This document shows positions 21,701 through 31,407 of a stretch of DNA of 64,000 nt, one piece after another (position 1 is the stretch's first letter; every line of letters begins with the position of its first letter). A program made the position numbers and the translations under genes. The stretch is from Candidatus Kapaibacterium sp. (lineage in GTDB: Bacteria; Bacteroidota; Ignavibacteria; Kapaibacteriales; UBA2268): the NCBI GenBank assembly GCA_963664875.1, contig OY761611.1, positions 2,560,001 through 2,624,000 on the forward strand, given 5' to 3'. The notes under the pieces are model-generated. The model was not told the DNA's origin and did not search any database. It saw only the letters and a list, made by a program, of their open reading frames with translations.

Positions 21701-22869
21701 TATGTATATTGCTTATAATTTTCAGGCATAGGAACTAAAATATGCTTTTGGAATTGCCGAATAGAAGAGAGGGAGACTAAACTCGGTCCACCTATTTTTT
21801 CAGGGAGTCCGTCTTCCTTTACTCCGGTGTTGTACATCGTAACAGCAATCGGCTTGTCAGCTCTGATATAAGCAGCACTTTTTTCTTCGCCGTCATGCAC
21901 CCTTGTTTCAATGAAAGCTTCATTTATTTTACCACCACCGCCATGAAGGGTTGTTACCCATTCGCCGTTGATATAAATGTTAGTATTTTCGTCTTTTGCA
22001 TAAATCCTTATCACAGGACTATATCTGCGTTCGCTGAAGTGCGGAACAAGATATTCGTTGCCCCAAGCCTCAAACGGTAGTTCCATATTGGCAAGGTAGT
22101 CCGAATTGCCTGTCTCCAATGGGATGTTTGTATTTTGGTTTCCACTAATGACAGCAATGGGTTTTGTAGCTTTAATGTAAGAACCGGATAGGTCTGAACG
22201 ATTGCTCAATGTGGGAACCATATAGACATCACCGGCATTAAGTAATGCTCTTAAAGTATCTCCACTTTTATTAAACCCGGCAACAAGAGTTTCATCATTC
22301 CCGCCGATAATCATTTCTATTCGAGTGTTATCGTAAGGAGCAACAATGCCTGCTATAGAAGACAAACTGCTTATCGAAGGATAAAATTCTGAAGCATCAT
22401 TATAAGAAGAAAGAATATATCCGGTGCCGAGAGTCTCTACAGGAAAAACAGTAAATGCATCAGAGGATTGATTATACCTAACAGATGCGATTATGGAAAT
22501 CGGTTTTTCTGCATTTATGCTAATTGCATATTCTTTGAATACTTTAGGGTCTATTTCAATATCAATAATGCCTTTGGAGTATGGTATTACCTGATTGGCA
22601 GGTAGCTCTATTACTTCAGTCTGGTTAGGCAGCAGCTGCCGACTAAAATGAATATTATTCGCTTCAAGATTGATATTCACCCAAGTACGGTAGGGTGAGC
22701 TTACATAAAGCAGTACCATGTTTTCGTAAGGGCTTGCACTTTCTATACAGGGGGGAACAGTAAAAACAAAGTTTTTACCCATATTGTTTATCCCAAAAAG
22801 TTCCTCATCTGCAGCATAAGAAAAAGAGAAACTCAAAGAAAGCATTAAAAAAAGTATATAATTTTTCAT
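18718..22869 (-). CDS. Large secreted IgGFc-binding-domain protein with Ig-like (choice-of-anchor D-like) repeats and T9SS CTD
   Basis: GKNFVFTVP, SSDAFTVFPVETLGTGY, DLSGSYIKATKPIAVISG, repeated FG/LG...I.N.G beta-sandwiches, SPNP...GVYFIKL CTD. Confidence 0.8.
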   Translation of the reverse strand: MKNYILFLMLSLSFSFSYAADEELFGINNMGKNFVFTVPPCIESASPYENMVLLYVSSPYRTWVNINLEANNIHFSRQLLPNQTEVIELPANQVIPYSKGIIDIEIDPKVFKEYAISINAEKPISIIASVRYNQSSDAFTVFPVETLGTGYILSSYNDASEFYPSISSLSSIAGIVAPYDNTRIEMIIGGNDETLVAGFNKSGDTLRALLNAGDVYMVPTLSNRSDLSGSYIKATKPIAVISGNQNTNIPLETGNSDYLANMELPFEAWGNEYLVPHFSERRYSPVIRIYAKDENTNIYINGEWVTTLHGGGGKINEAFIETRVHDGEEKSAAYIRADKPIAVTMYNTGVKEDGLPEKIGGPSLVSLSSIRQFQKHILVPMPENYKQYTYDSYRVSIIVSEHQSTDELLIGRLVSDELVWEPLSNLMTINETDLFFPLSDGTRFKLIDADINLSESFYLKASNPFMAYIRGAARHESFSAGASYAFKEEDTNDKIPPLPSWTMDCSGDVNGVVVDLPSEMEFASCLFPPILFADSTENYILKSDAINSGNILSINWSLQIKNPNLKAKAKIMFIDRAGNDTIVRIEYNPVIIAFEPERLEFGIVKSGEASTKTIRMKNLSVADAHIDDLMLKQISNGFDIIDSPAPFILPGLSAKDLTVRFVATEPGKYSDSLGVRDTCKSFFAVMTDGEVGYQEIDANDCDLGDVTADKPTERLVRLFNRGNLPLIIHGAKLPESTDITVQLPKVPTIADPITIPKKSYIDYRIRINATQMADYQDSVVFYSNTIVPADSICYIVAKSLMPGILSDNYEFGRKTKGFEYSTIDNGIKIENNGNVSITISDVILENDASDGVFKFDKSVVCKQIKPGEELFLAVKFMPKENKHYSLDLRYKLSDGTLSQSSTKLTGTGVSAQLKSSSDIVNLGVAIINNSADIRKATVIITNLSQTDWEFADRAVITNLEPINNSIGLGKDNFSSKGFALDNSNLSLPQELLPGQKLSFDVYFRAFTSEASASLRVLNDANQELVITFKGTGVEELLSVSSDPVATCYGTEARLELHISNFGTNDIAFDPPMFLNASPEFYFAESIGSFTVPKGSIYTIPINYRPNSRESLSSAVVQIEATNGSSAILTKEITGSAINLSRETTLQPIGTKVEIGSKTKKTIKLLNGEDISDLNIQNLHIRLSFLSNFLFVADDAVSLNKSLLGYFDLKNLTIDNKLGIIEADIVSISDRTINEGENLIDIEFDTYLSTIDTYKADINAEITTEDSDCVLFKSATGMIELQPYCASDISKILMNSNNLEAPKVSPNPISEEKFEINFSLGYDANITLEIIDINGKNILTVLEGAYKAGQYTQEVTTEHIPDGVYFIKLQSATIYLTEKIIIVR

Positions 22870-23139
22870 ACCATATCCGTATCTGTAGTTTAATACAATA
22901 AAGCAGATATTTTCTTGATTTCAAAAAGAAATTACTGCATATAATATAAGACACTTAAGTTGATATTTTGTCTCAAAATTTCTTTTTATTTCTTTCCGGG
23001 CAGGGAGGATGTGAGATTTTCTTTTAAATAGTGCAAACTCTGCAAATCCTGACCAATCATTCACAACGTAATAATATATTCCGTTTGTTTCGTGTATAAC
23101 TATAAGGACTGTCTTGATATATTTTAACGGAGGATAATC

Positions 23140-24045
23140 ATGAAACGGATTTTGACTCTCTTGACAGTAACTTTTGTTCTAACAATTGTTGCTTGTACCG
23201 AAAAAGAACCGGAGGCTAAAGTAAAGGTGCCTGAGCCGGTAGATGTGTTTCTTAATCATGTCTATGTTGTGGTAGATTCTGTAACTTATTCTGACATTGC
23301 TAATTCCAGGTTTATTATCAACGAATTTGCAGACTTTATTCAAACTACTTCCTCAACCGACGATAACGAAACATGGACAGGTACTTACCTGAGCGGTGAA
23401 AAGACCTATTTGGAAATACTTAATGCTGCACAAAGAGATAACAGTAATGCCAGCTTTTGCGGCTTAGGTTTTTGTACAGAGCAGGAAGGTGACATAGACA
23501 ATCTTAAATTACTTATGCAAGACAAAATCGACTGCAAGGTAGATGTGGTCCTTAGAAAAAGAAAAGCTGCAGACACTGTATTCCCATGGTTTAAGCAGAT
23601 TGTATGCGATAAGTACAGGCAAAACTATGTGATGGACTCATGGATAATCGAATACGACAAAGATTATTTAAAAAACATGATGCCCGATGCTTCTGATGAT
23701 TACCACGGAATAACAAGAAAGCATTACAACAAACGATATTTTGACGATTCCCGCTATCTTAAAGATGTAATCGGTGTAACTTTGGCACTCGACAAAAAAA
23801 ATTATGATGCACTTATCGATAAACTGAAAATATTTGGTTATTCTGTAGTACAGGATGGAGTTAAGGCACTTTGCAAAGGAGAGGGGATAGAATATGAGAT
23901 TGTTCCGGCTGCCTTAGGACAAATTGGAATACAAAAAGTAAAATTCTCTTTACTCCGCCCGAAAGAAGGCGAGAAGCTTTATACATTTGGAAGTGATTCG
24001 AAACTAATATTTTATGACGATTTAGTGGCTGAGTGGTTCTTCTAA
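23140..24045 (+). CDS. Lipoprotein, DUF5829-like
   Basis: Lipobox IVAC; LNHVYVVVDSVTY and TWTGTYL.GEKTYLEI motifs. Confidence 0.65.
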   Translation: MKRILTLLTVTFVLTIVACTEKEPEAKVKVPEPVDVFLNHVYVVVDSVTYSDIANSRFIINEFADFIQTTSSTDDNETWTGTYLSGEKTYLEILNAAQRDNSNASFCGLGFCTEQEGDIDNLKLLMQDKIDCKVDVVLRKRKAADTVFPWFKQIVCDKYRQNYVMDSWIIEYDKDYLKNMMPDASDDYHGITRKHYNKRYFDDSRYLKDVIGVTLALDKKNYDALIDKLKIFGYSVVQDGVKALCKGEGIEYEIVPAALGQIGIQKVKFSLLRPKEGEKLYTFGSDSKLIFYDDLVAEWFF

Positions 24046-24069
24046 TCATTCCATTATAGACATATCAGC

Positions 24070-24111
24070 AAAAACTGCACTTTTTCGAATGCGAGATTGT
24101 GCAGTTTTTTT
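24070..24111 (+). terminator. Intrinsic terminator
   Basis: aaaaactgcac ... gtgcagtttttt. Confidence 0.6.
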
Positions 24112-24273
24112 AGAGTATTTAGAGAATACATTTTAACAGGTCTATGTTGGTAGCTAAATTGCTTTATACTTAAAACTTATTAAGCACAGGAAAAATTAGC
24201 ATTTTGCTTGGTATATTGCGTGTTCATCTGATTACATGATAGATATAATAAATAATACAACGTAGGTTATGAA

Positions 24274-25536
24274 ATGAGTGCAAAGTCGAACGTCAATGTT
24301 CGCTCCGAGATCGGTATCTTGGAAGGAGTTATCCTCCATTTCCCCGGTCAGGAAGTAAAGAATATGACTCCGGAAAATGCCGAAAGAGCGCTTTATAGTG
24401 ACATCCTTAATCTATCAGTCGCATCTAGAGAATACCGTCAGTTCAGCGACTGCCTAAAAAAAGTAACAAAAACATTCCAAGTAAGAGATTTACTGACTGA
24501 CATACTTACAAATTCTGAAGTAAAACACGAATTACTGTCAAAAATTGCGTTTAAAGAAAATGCAGCTGACGTTGTCGAAGAATTGTTCGAGCAAACTGCT
24601 GAAGACATTTCAAGACAACTGATAGAAGGCGTTATGATGAAAAAGGATACTCTGACAAGTTTTTTAGATCCTAACAGATATTCGCTTCGCCCTTTGCATA
24701 ATTTCTTCTTTACTCGCGATGCTTCAATGACAATAAGAGATAAGATTCTTGTTGGCAGAATGTCGAGTAATGTTCGCGAAAGAGAAGCAGATATAATGGA
24801 ATCAATTTTCAAGCATCATCCTGAATTTGGAGTAACAACTGTTAACCCGGAAAATGCTGATAAATTTGATCCGAAAATTGCGATAGAAGGCGGCGATGTG
24901 CTTGTTATCAAAGAAGATATTTTTCTGATAGGAACCGGCCCCCGCACTACTTCACAAGGAATTGATTTTATATTGGACGAGCTTAAAAAAATCGGTGAAA
25001 AGAGATATGTAATAGTGCAGGAGTTGCCACATCAGCCGGAATCTTTCATTCACCTTGATATGGCATTTACAATGCTCGACCGAGATAAATGTATGGTCTA
25101 TGAGCCACTGATATTGATGCCAAACAAATATCAAACAGTAATGATTGAAATCGACAACGGCAAAGTAGTCTCTATTCGCAATGTTGAAAATATTCTTGTT
25201 GCTTTAAAATCTCTGGGTATTGATCTTGAACCGCTTTACTGTGGTGGCAGAGGTGACCAATGGGTGCAGGAACGAGAGCAATGGCACAGCGGAGCAAACT
25301 TCTTTGCCATAGGTCCGGGACGCGTCATCGGTTATGAAAGAAATGACAAAACTATCGAAGAGCTAAATAAACACGGATTTGAAGTTTTACCGGGAGTAGA
25401 TGTCGCTCGTGGTATTATCAGTCCAGACGCTTATGACAAATACGTCATAGCTATTGACGGTTCCGAGCTTTCCAGAGGCGGCGGAGGCTGTAGGTGTATG
25501 ACTATGCCTGTCAGAAGGCAAGCCGTTAGCTGGTAA
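24274..25536 (+). CDS. arcA: Arginine deiminase
   Basis: VRSEIG.L, NFFFTRD, IEGGD, FIHLD, SELSRGGGGCRCMTMP with the catalytic Cys. Confidence 0.93.
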   Translation: MSAKSNVNVRSEIGILEGVILHFPGQEVKNMTPENAERALYSDILNLSVASREYRQFSDCLKKVTKTFQVRDLLTDILTNSEVKHELLSKIAFKENAADVVEELFEQTAEDISRQLIEGVMMKKDTLTSFLDPNRYSLRPLHNFFFTRDASMTIRDKILVGRMSSNVREREADIMESIFKHHPEFGVTTVNPENADKFDPKIAIEGGDVLVIKEDIFLIGTGPRTTSQGIDFILDELKKIGEKRYVIVQELPHQPESFIHLDMAFTMLDRDKCMVYEPLILMPNKYQTVMIEIDNGKVVSIRNVENILVALKSLGIDLEPLYCGGRGDQWVQEREQWHSGANFFAIGPGRVIGYERNDKTIEELNKHGFEVLPGVDVARGIISPDAYDKYVIAIDGSELSRGGGGCRCMTMPVRRQAVSW

Positions 25537-25567
25537 TTTAATATCGAATATGAAGATTATAATCCGT

Positions 25568-25598
25568 GCCTGTAGGAAATCTTCTACAGGCTTTTTTT
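25568..25598 (+). terminator. arcA terminator
   Basis: gcctgtagga-aatct-tctacaggc followed by T7. Confidence 0.85.
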
Positions 25599-25920
25599 AT
25601 ACTTTCTCAAACTTGACAGGACTGTTTTGTGGAAGGCTTAAAAAAAATAGTTTACTCAAATAAAAAAATACTGATATAGAATAGTCTCTTAAATTAATGT
25701 ATAGCATGCAAAAAATCCTACTATCTTATATGTTCTTATAACACTTCTTAGCTTATTTTAGAACAGAATCAACATAAATAATAATTTAGCCGAAGCAAAT
25801 TATTGTCAAAATGCTCATCAACAACTGTAAATACCTTAAAATTCATATACTTACGTCAATAATAATACTTGCACATATTTAATATTTTGACAATATTATA
25901 ATGCGAGTTTTTTCAGGTGT

Positions 25921-26409
25921 ATGTCGGTCAAATATAGTACTTGGAGTTATATGCAATTCAAATCTAACATTGACAAGCTTTTCGGTCATGTAGAATATCT
26001 AATCTACGTTACTATTGCACTTATCATGACTGCAGCTGCGAGTCTTTTAATTTATGATGTAATAACTACATTGTTCCATTTCCCAACTGATAAGCATCTC
26101 TTTACCAAATGGATTGTCGAAGTCTTAGACAAAACACTACTTATTCTTATGATAATTGAGATTTTATATACTGTTCGGGTTTCATATAAAGAGCATACTC
26201 TTTCAGCTGAGCCATTTCTTACTGTTGGCTTGATTGCCGCCATAAGAAGGATATTAGTAATAAGCGTTGAGACAGCTTACTATGAAGAAAAGTTCGAACA
26301 TTTTATGATAGAGATTAGCATCATCGGTGTGCTAATACTAATCTTTGTTGTTTCTCACAGGATACTTACTAAAAACAAAGATAAAGACAAACTTAAACAT
26401 ACAGAATAG
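25921..26409 (+). CDS. PsiE-like (phosphate-starvation-inducible family) membrane protein
   Basis: Four TM helices; LLILMIIEILYTV and EPFL.VGLIAAIRRIL. Confidence 0.75.
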   Translation: MSVKYSTWSYMQFKSNIDKLFGHVEYLIYVTIALIMTAAASLLIYDVITTLFHFPTDKHLFTKWIVEVLDKTLLILMIIEILYTVRVSYKEHTLSAEPFLTVGLIAAIRRILVISVETAYYEEKFEHFMIEISIIGVLILIFVVSHRILTKNKDKDKLKHTE

Positions 26410-26416
26410 GTGATTT

Positions 26417-27487
26417 ATGGACGTAACTACTCTTATCCCAAACCCGGAAACCATACCGGCTCCGGATTGGCTCTTTGAGCTTTTGGGAATTATTACTTTA
26501 ACTATTCATTTGCTTTTTGTGAATGTAGTTCTCGGTGGTAGCCTTGTGATGCTTATCAATAGATTTATGGGCATAGAAGGAGACTCATCTCTTCATTATC
26601 CGGGCATCAAAAAGATTCCTCCGACTATTGCTTTGGCAGTAAATTTCGGGGTTGCTCCTTTGCTTTTTGTGCAAGTGATTTATGGACATTTGATTTACAG
26701 TAGCTCTGTTTTGATGGGTGTGTATTGGCTAATGATAATTCCAGTGTTGATCATTGCCTACTATGCCGCATATATACATGCGCGGAAATATAGCAACGAC
26801 GCACTCTCGAAATTGGCACTGATAGTCAGCATTGCTATAATGCTATATATCGGTTATATCCTTACAAATAATATGACTCTAATGCTTCATCCTGAGCAAT
26901 GGAAGGAATATTTCTTAAATCCAAACGGCACTATCTTAAATAATGTTGACGCTACAGTTTTGCCGCGCTATCTTCATTTTGTAACTGCTTCCGTTGCCAT
27001 TGGTGGTTTGTTCTTCTCTATCGTTTGGAACTTTAAGAAAGAGGCAGTTGAAGAAACTCGTATAGCAAATATAGAAAAAGGTCTAACAATCTTTGGAATA
27101 TTTACAGGTGTGCAAATTGTTATTGGTTTGTGGTTCCTTATGGCACTTCCAAGAGAAGTTATGCTTGGCTTTATGGGAGGCAATCTACCTTCAACTATAG
27201 TGCTGATGATTGGTATTTTATCAGGAGTTGGTGCTCTCATTACAGCCTTTACCAAAAAGTTGATGCCAACTATTTCGATGACAGTAATTACGGTATTAGT
27301 TATGGTAATTAGCCGAGCAAATCTTAGAACACTGTACCTAAAAGATATTTTCGATACAGGCAGTTTAGAGCTTAGCCCACAATATGAAGTTATGGCACTT
27401 TTTCTAATAATATTTGTCATAGGTTTAGCACTTGTCTATTATATGATTAAACTTGCTACTACAGATAAAGTTGGGGAGGAAGTATAA
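26417..27487 (+). CDS. Polytopic membrane protein, CydA'-like partner subunit of a bd-type oxidase
   Basis: About 9 TM helices with His-bearing HLLFVN and RYLHF, GVAPLLFVQVIY; overlaps the start of the CydA-like gene. Confidence 0.7.
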   Translation: MDVTTLIPNPETIPAPDWLFELLGIITLTIHLLFVNVVLGGSLVMLINRFMGIEGDSSLHYPGIKKIPPTIALAVNFGVAPLLFVQVIYGHLIYSSSVLMGVYWLMIIPVLIIAYYAAYIHARKYSNDALSKLALIVSIAIMLYIGYILTNNMTLMLHPEQWKEYFLNPNGTILNNVDATVLPRYLHFVTASVAIGGLFFSIVWNFKKEAVEETRIANIEKGLTIFGIFTGVQIVIGLWFLMALPREVMLGFMGGNLPSTIVLMIGILSGVGALITAFTKKLMPTISMTVITVLVMVISRANLRTLYLKDIFDTGSLELSPQYEVMALFLIIFVIGLALVYYMIKLATTDKVGEEV

Positions 27488-30147
27488 TGAACTATCCAAT
27501 TTGGGAACTCTTGACAGTTGGCGGTCCAACTTTGATTGCAATTATAGCAGTTATTCACGTTTATCTGGCTCACCTTGCAGTAGGTGGCGGTATGTTTATC
27601 TGGCTTACAGACAGAAAAGCATGGAAAGAAAACTCTCCTGAGATACATAGCTATGTAAAAAGCCACACTAACTTCTTCTTACTACTGACTATGGTTTTTG
27701 GTGGTGTTACAGGAGTAGGTATTTGGTTTGTGATTGCTCTCGTTAACCCGGCGGGTACATCAGCATTGATACATAATTTTGTATTTGGCTGGGCTATTGA
27801 GTGGGTGTTCTTTCTTGGTGAAATAGTTGCTCTATTGCTCTATCACTACTATTTTGATAAAATGGGTAAAAAAGCAAGACAAATATTGTCATTTTTCTAT
27901 TTCCTTTTTGCATGGCTTAGTTTGTTTATTATCAACGGCATATTGTCTTTTATGCTTACTCCGGGGACTTGGCTTGAAAACGGAAACTTCTGGGCTGGCT
28001 TCTTCAATCCTACATTCTTCCCGTCATTAGTCTTCAGAACATTTCTGACTATAATGGTTGCAGGATTGTTTGGTTTTGTTACTATAGTTTTCAAACCTGA
28101 TTCTGACTTTAGAACTAAAATGCTCCGATATAGCAGTAAATGGATGCTTCTTGCACTGATAGCATCTGCTGTGTTTGCTTTTGTTTACTATTGGGCAGTG
28201 CCACAACATATTATAGACACTAACTTTGGATTGAATCCACAGATGTCTCCGCTCATTTCCAAACTGCTTTATAGTGGAGTTGCAATAGCTATTCTGGGCA
28301 TTTTCTTCTTGCTACGTACAAGTCGTGCTTTGCAGCAGGTGCTTGTTTTTGTTCTTGTTCTTATTGGATTATCTCTTTTTGGTGCATTTGAATATATCAG
28401 AGAAGTTGCCCGTAAACCTTATGTTATCGGCGAATATATGTATTCGAATGGTATTTTGAAAAGCGAGATAGAAACATTACAGAAAGATGGCTTTTTGAAA
28501 CATGCTAAATGGGTGCAATACGACGAAGTTACAGAAGAAAATAAATTAGAAGTTGGTAGAGAGATATTTCGAGCTCAATGCCTAAGCTGCCACACTATCA
28601 ACGGTTGGCGAAATGACATTGTAGAACGGACAAATCTTTATACTTATACAGGAATGATTTCTGAGATGAACGGTATGGGCAAAACTTTGACTTATATGCC
28701 GCCTTTCGCAGGAAATCAAGATGAAATTGAAGCAGTTGCTGCTTATATTATAGCATCATTACAAAATAAAGAGCTTAAAACATTTCCAGAACCATATAAG
28801 CAACAGGAAATTGAAGCCAAAGTTGCCGGTTTTGATCCAGAGAAAGATGAATACGTGCTTCTTGCATGGAACGACTTAGGAATGCACTGTATATCAGATT
28901 CTGATCCGTGGTTTGTGATATTACCACCGGCTAATGGTTTGGAAGCTGTTCTAATCAAACGTGGCGAAACTCCGCAGATAATTAAAGAAGGTGTTGAACT
29001 CTTCTATACTCCGGAAGAAGGATTTGAAAATCCGTCTAAACATGTAAAATTCTGGGAATACTCCGAAAAGCTTTTTGGAGCAAAATTAGACAAAACTATG
29101 GGACTTTTTGGTCATGGTATTCGAGGAAAGCTTGAGCTAAACGAAAACGGAGATGCTTATGTAGCTCATGGTATTCCTGTTGTTCCTTATAATGATAATG
29201 GGAACTATAATCCTTATCCTTATTTTAAAATTGAAGCTAAAGACAAGAGTGGCAAAATGCTTGCTTCTACCTATGTCGTCGCTCCTACCTCAACTGAAAT
29301 GGGCTGTCGTAACTGCCACGGTGGACCTTGGAGAATCGAAGGCAATTCAGGTGTTTCAGATATTACCGCTATAAATATTTTATCTGCACATGACAGAATA
29401 AATGGAACAACTTTACTTAAAGATGCTGAAAAAGGCAGCCCTGTGCTATGCTCAAGCTGCCACAGAGACCCTGCAACCAAATCACAAGGTAAGCCTGAGC
29501 TTCGCAGTCTTTCTGCTTCTTTGCACGGATGGCATGCTAACTATATGCAACATTATTCCGGTGCAAAAGCCTGCGTAATGTGTCATCCATCTTCGCCGGA
29601 TGGCAATACTCTTTGTATGAGAGGTGTCCATGCCTCAATCGGTTTAGAGTGTACAGATTGTCATGGGGAGATTGATTTGCATGCTGCAGCCTTACTGAAA
29701 GGAGAAGAAGGTAAAAAATCTAATGACAGATTGCTCAAAAATTTAAAACCACAAGTGGCTTATGCTAATATTAAAGCAAGAAGCCCTTGGGTAAATCAAC
29801 CGAATTGTACTAAATGTCATGTTGACTATCAAATTCCGGAAGATCCTCAGGGTTCTGTAAATAACTGGGAAATGGAATTTAGTAAACTATTTAGGATTAC
29901 CACAGACAATGCCGGACTGAGATGCGAGGCTTGCCATGGCTCTCCTCACGCTCTTTACCCTGCTACCAATATTTACGGCAACAACCGTGATAACACACAA
30001 CCATTGCAATATATGGGAATACCTGCTCCTATTGGCTCAGATATGAAGTGTGAAACCTGCCATACTAAAAAAATGGATATGGAATTGCACCACGAACACA
30101 GTCTAAGACCATTCCGAAACAGGGATTTGATTGAAGTAAAAAAATAG
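27487..30147 (+). CDS. Cytochrome bd-type subunit I-like domain fused to an eight-heme c-type region
   Basis: HVYLAHLAVGGG, GVTGVGIWF, WAIEWVFFLGE, EYIREVARKPY; CxxCH x8 (CLSCH, CRNCH, CSSCH, CVMCH, CTDCH, CTKCH, CEACH, CETCH). Confidence 0.85.
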   Translation: MNYPIWELLTVGGPTLIAIIAVIHVYLAHLAVGGGMFIWLTDRKAWKENSPEIHSYVKSHTNFFLLLTMVFGGVTGVGIWFVIALVNPAGTSALIHNFVFGWAIEWVFFLGEIVALLLYHYYFDKMGKKARQILSFFYFLFAWLSLFIINGILSFMLTPGTWLENGNFWAGFFNPTFFPSLVFRTFLTIMVAGLFGFVTIVFKPDSDFRTKMLRYSSKWMLLALIASAVFAFVYYWAVPQHIIDTNFGLNPQMSPLISKLLYSGVAIAILGIFFLLRTSRALQQVLVFVLVLIGLSLFGAFEYIREVARKPYVIGEYMYSNGILKSEIETLQKDGFLKHAKWVQYDEVTEENKLEVGREIFRAQCLSCHTINGWRNDIVERTNLYTYTGMISEMNGMGKTLTYMPPFAGNQDEIEAVAAYIIASLQNKELKTFPEPYKQQEIEAKVAGFDPEKDEYVLLAWNDLGMHCISDSDPWFVILPPANGLEAVLIKRGETPQIIKEGVELFYTPEEGFENPSKHVKFWEYSEKLFGAKLDKTMGLFGHGIRGKLELNENGDAYVAHGIPVVPYNDNGNYNPYPYFKIEAKDKSGKMLASTYVVAPTSTEMGCRNCHGGPWRIEGNSGVSDITAINILSAHDRINGTTLLKDAEKGSPVLCSSCHRDPATKSQGKPELRSLSASLHGWHANYMQHYSGAKACVMCHPSSPDGNTLCMRGVHASIGLECTDCHGEIDLHAAALLKGEEGKKSNDRLLKNLKPQVAYANIKARSPWVNQPNCTKCHVDYQIPEDPQGSVNNWEMEFSKLFRITTDNAGLRCEACHGSPHALYPATNIYGNNRDNTQPLQYMGIPAPIGSDMKCETCHTKKMDMELHHEHSLRPFRNRDLIEVKK

Positions 30148-30179
30148 TCTCTATGTCCTCCATAAAGACAGCACCAAAT

Positions 30180-30210
30180 GCCCGATTGTATATTTTGTAC
30201 GGTCGGGCTT
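30180..30210 (+). terminator. Hairpin after the oxidase operon
   Basis: gcccgattgta...tacggtcgggc; weak U tail. Confidence 0.5.
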
Positions 30211-30407
30211 AGTATTTTATTAATACCCTTGTGTGTTTTTTATATGTTGTTAAGTGCGGTAAGATAGCTAAAGATTGGAAATAGAACACCTTATAAATCC
30301 AACTATATAGTATGTATTTATTTAAAAATGAAAGGCGAATTTAGGGCTCCGCCTTCTTTGAAATAGTATTAAATCCCTAACTTTAATACTAATCTATTTG
30401 TAAACTT

Positions 30408-31286
30408 CTATGCAATAATTCCTGCCTGCTTCATAGCACGTATAATTCGAGTAACTCCGATACCACCACCAAATCGTGGTGTCATTTCAAGGCTAAGGAA
30501 ACTTTCGAGCTCTTTTTGCACTCTGTCTTTGCCAAATTGTGCATAAAGTAAGTCTGCATATCCGCCATCTGAAATAGTGTGGAATCTGTTTAGCATTATA
30601 TCTGAGTCTATTTCACGCTCTGCACTCCCGATTGTCTCCATGCCGTAAAGAATCACATCAACTTTATTAGAGTGGCTACCGCTGTCGTTTCGTTTCATGT
30701 TCCAGAAGGGTGAAGTATGCTCAGGGAAGTTTTTGATAAAGACTACTGGGCTTATTTCGTCATTCATTTTTGTTTCGTGTTCAGCCTTTAGCTCTTTTAC
30801 TCCATAAATATTTGCAAGGTCGTCGTAATCATATTGTAGATATTCATTTTGTCTTACAAAGTTGCCTTGCCCCTGTAAGTCGCCTTCTTTCTTGAATCCA
30901 ATGAACTCGAGGAGCTCTATCTCCATATTGATAAGTTCGTCCATACCGCCGCGAGCTTCAAACTCGAACATTGGGAAAATCAAGTCGTGTCTGCCCGGGA
31001 TAGGATTAGCTTCCTGTCTGTAAGAGGTGGACTGGCAGAATACGCCTTCAAAGTCTTTGTTTTTCAACAAATCAACTTCTAAATCCATCTGACCTGTTTG
31101 TTTGAGTGGCCACACCTGACCTGAGTAGTTAAAAGAAGATATAGTAGAAGGGTCTTCGCAAGCTGCCAAGATGCTTAAGCGAGGCTGAGCAGCCACCTCA
31201 ATAAACCCTTTCTTTTCGAAGAAAGCTCTCATTGTTTTCACAGCCTGATGGTAGCTAATAGAGTTGATTGTTTCATGGACGTACAT
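30408..31286 (-). CDS. Class II Asx-tRNA synthetase-like catalytic domain only (candidate archaeal-type asparagine synthetase)
   Basis: Motif 1 FFEKKGFIEV, motif 2 SYRQE..RH..FPMFEFE, motif 3 GGGIGVTR; 292 aa, no anticodon-binding OB fold; AAGGAG RBS. Confidence 0.75.
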   Translation of the reverse strand: MYVHETINSISYHQAVKTMRAFFEKKGFIEVAAQPRLSILAACEDPSTISSFNYSGQVWPLKQTGQMDLEVDLLKNKDFEGVFCQSTSYRQEANPIPGRHDLIFPMFEFEARGGMDELINMEIELLEFIGFKKEGDLQGQGNFVRQNEYLQYDYDDLANIYGVKELKAEHETKMNDEISPVVFIKNFPEHTSPFWNMKRNDSGSHSNKVDVILYGMETIGSAEREIDSDIMLNRFHTISDGGYADLLYAQFGKDRVQKELESFLSLEMTPRFGGGIGVTRIIRAMKQAGIIA

Positions 31287-31312
31287 TTTAGGACTCCTTT
31301 ATTTAAACCGAT

Positions 31313-31407
31313 AAAAAAAAAGCCCGTCATAAAAAATGACGGGCTGTCTATATTGCATTTGCAATTTGGACTATTTTAGTTTTGTCTTTTGACTTATATA
31401 GCTTCAT
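31313..31407 (-). promoter_or_regulatory. Putative attenuator: short leader ORF followed by an intrinsic terminator upstream of the AsnRS-like gene
   Basis: Minus strand: ORF 31407-31348 MKLYKSKDKTKIVQIANAI*, then agcccgtcat-ttttt-atgacgggct plus a T run ending about 26 nt before the ATG. Confidence 0.5.

Noticed and set aside
30408-31286. EpmA (EF-P lysyl ligase) assignment
   Set aside because: Lacks the TSPE and HNPEFTMLEWY signatures; no efp or epmB nearby.
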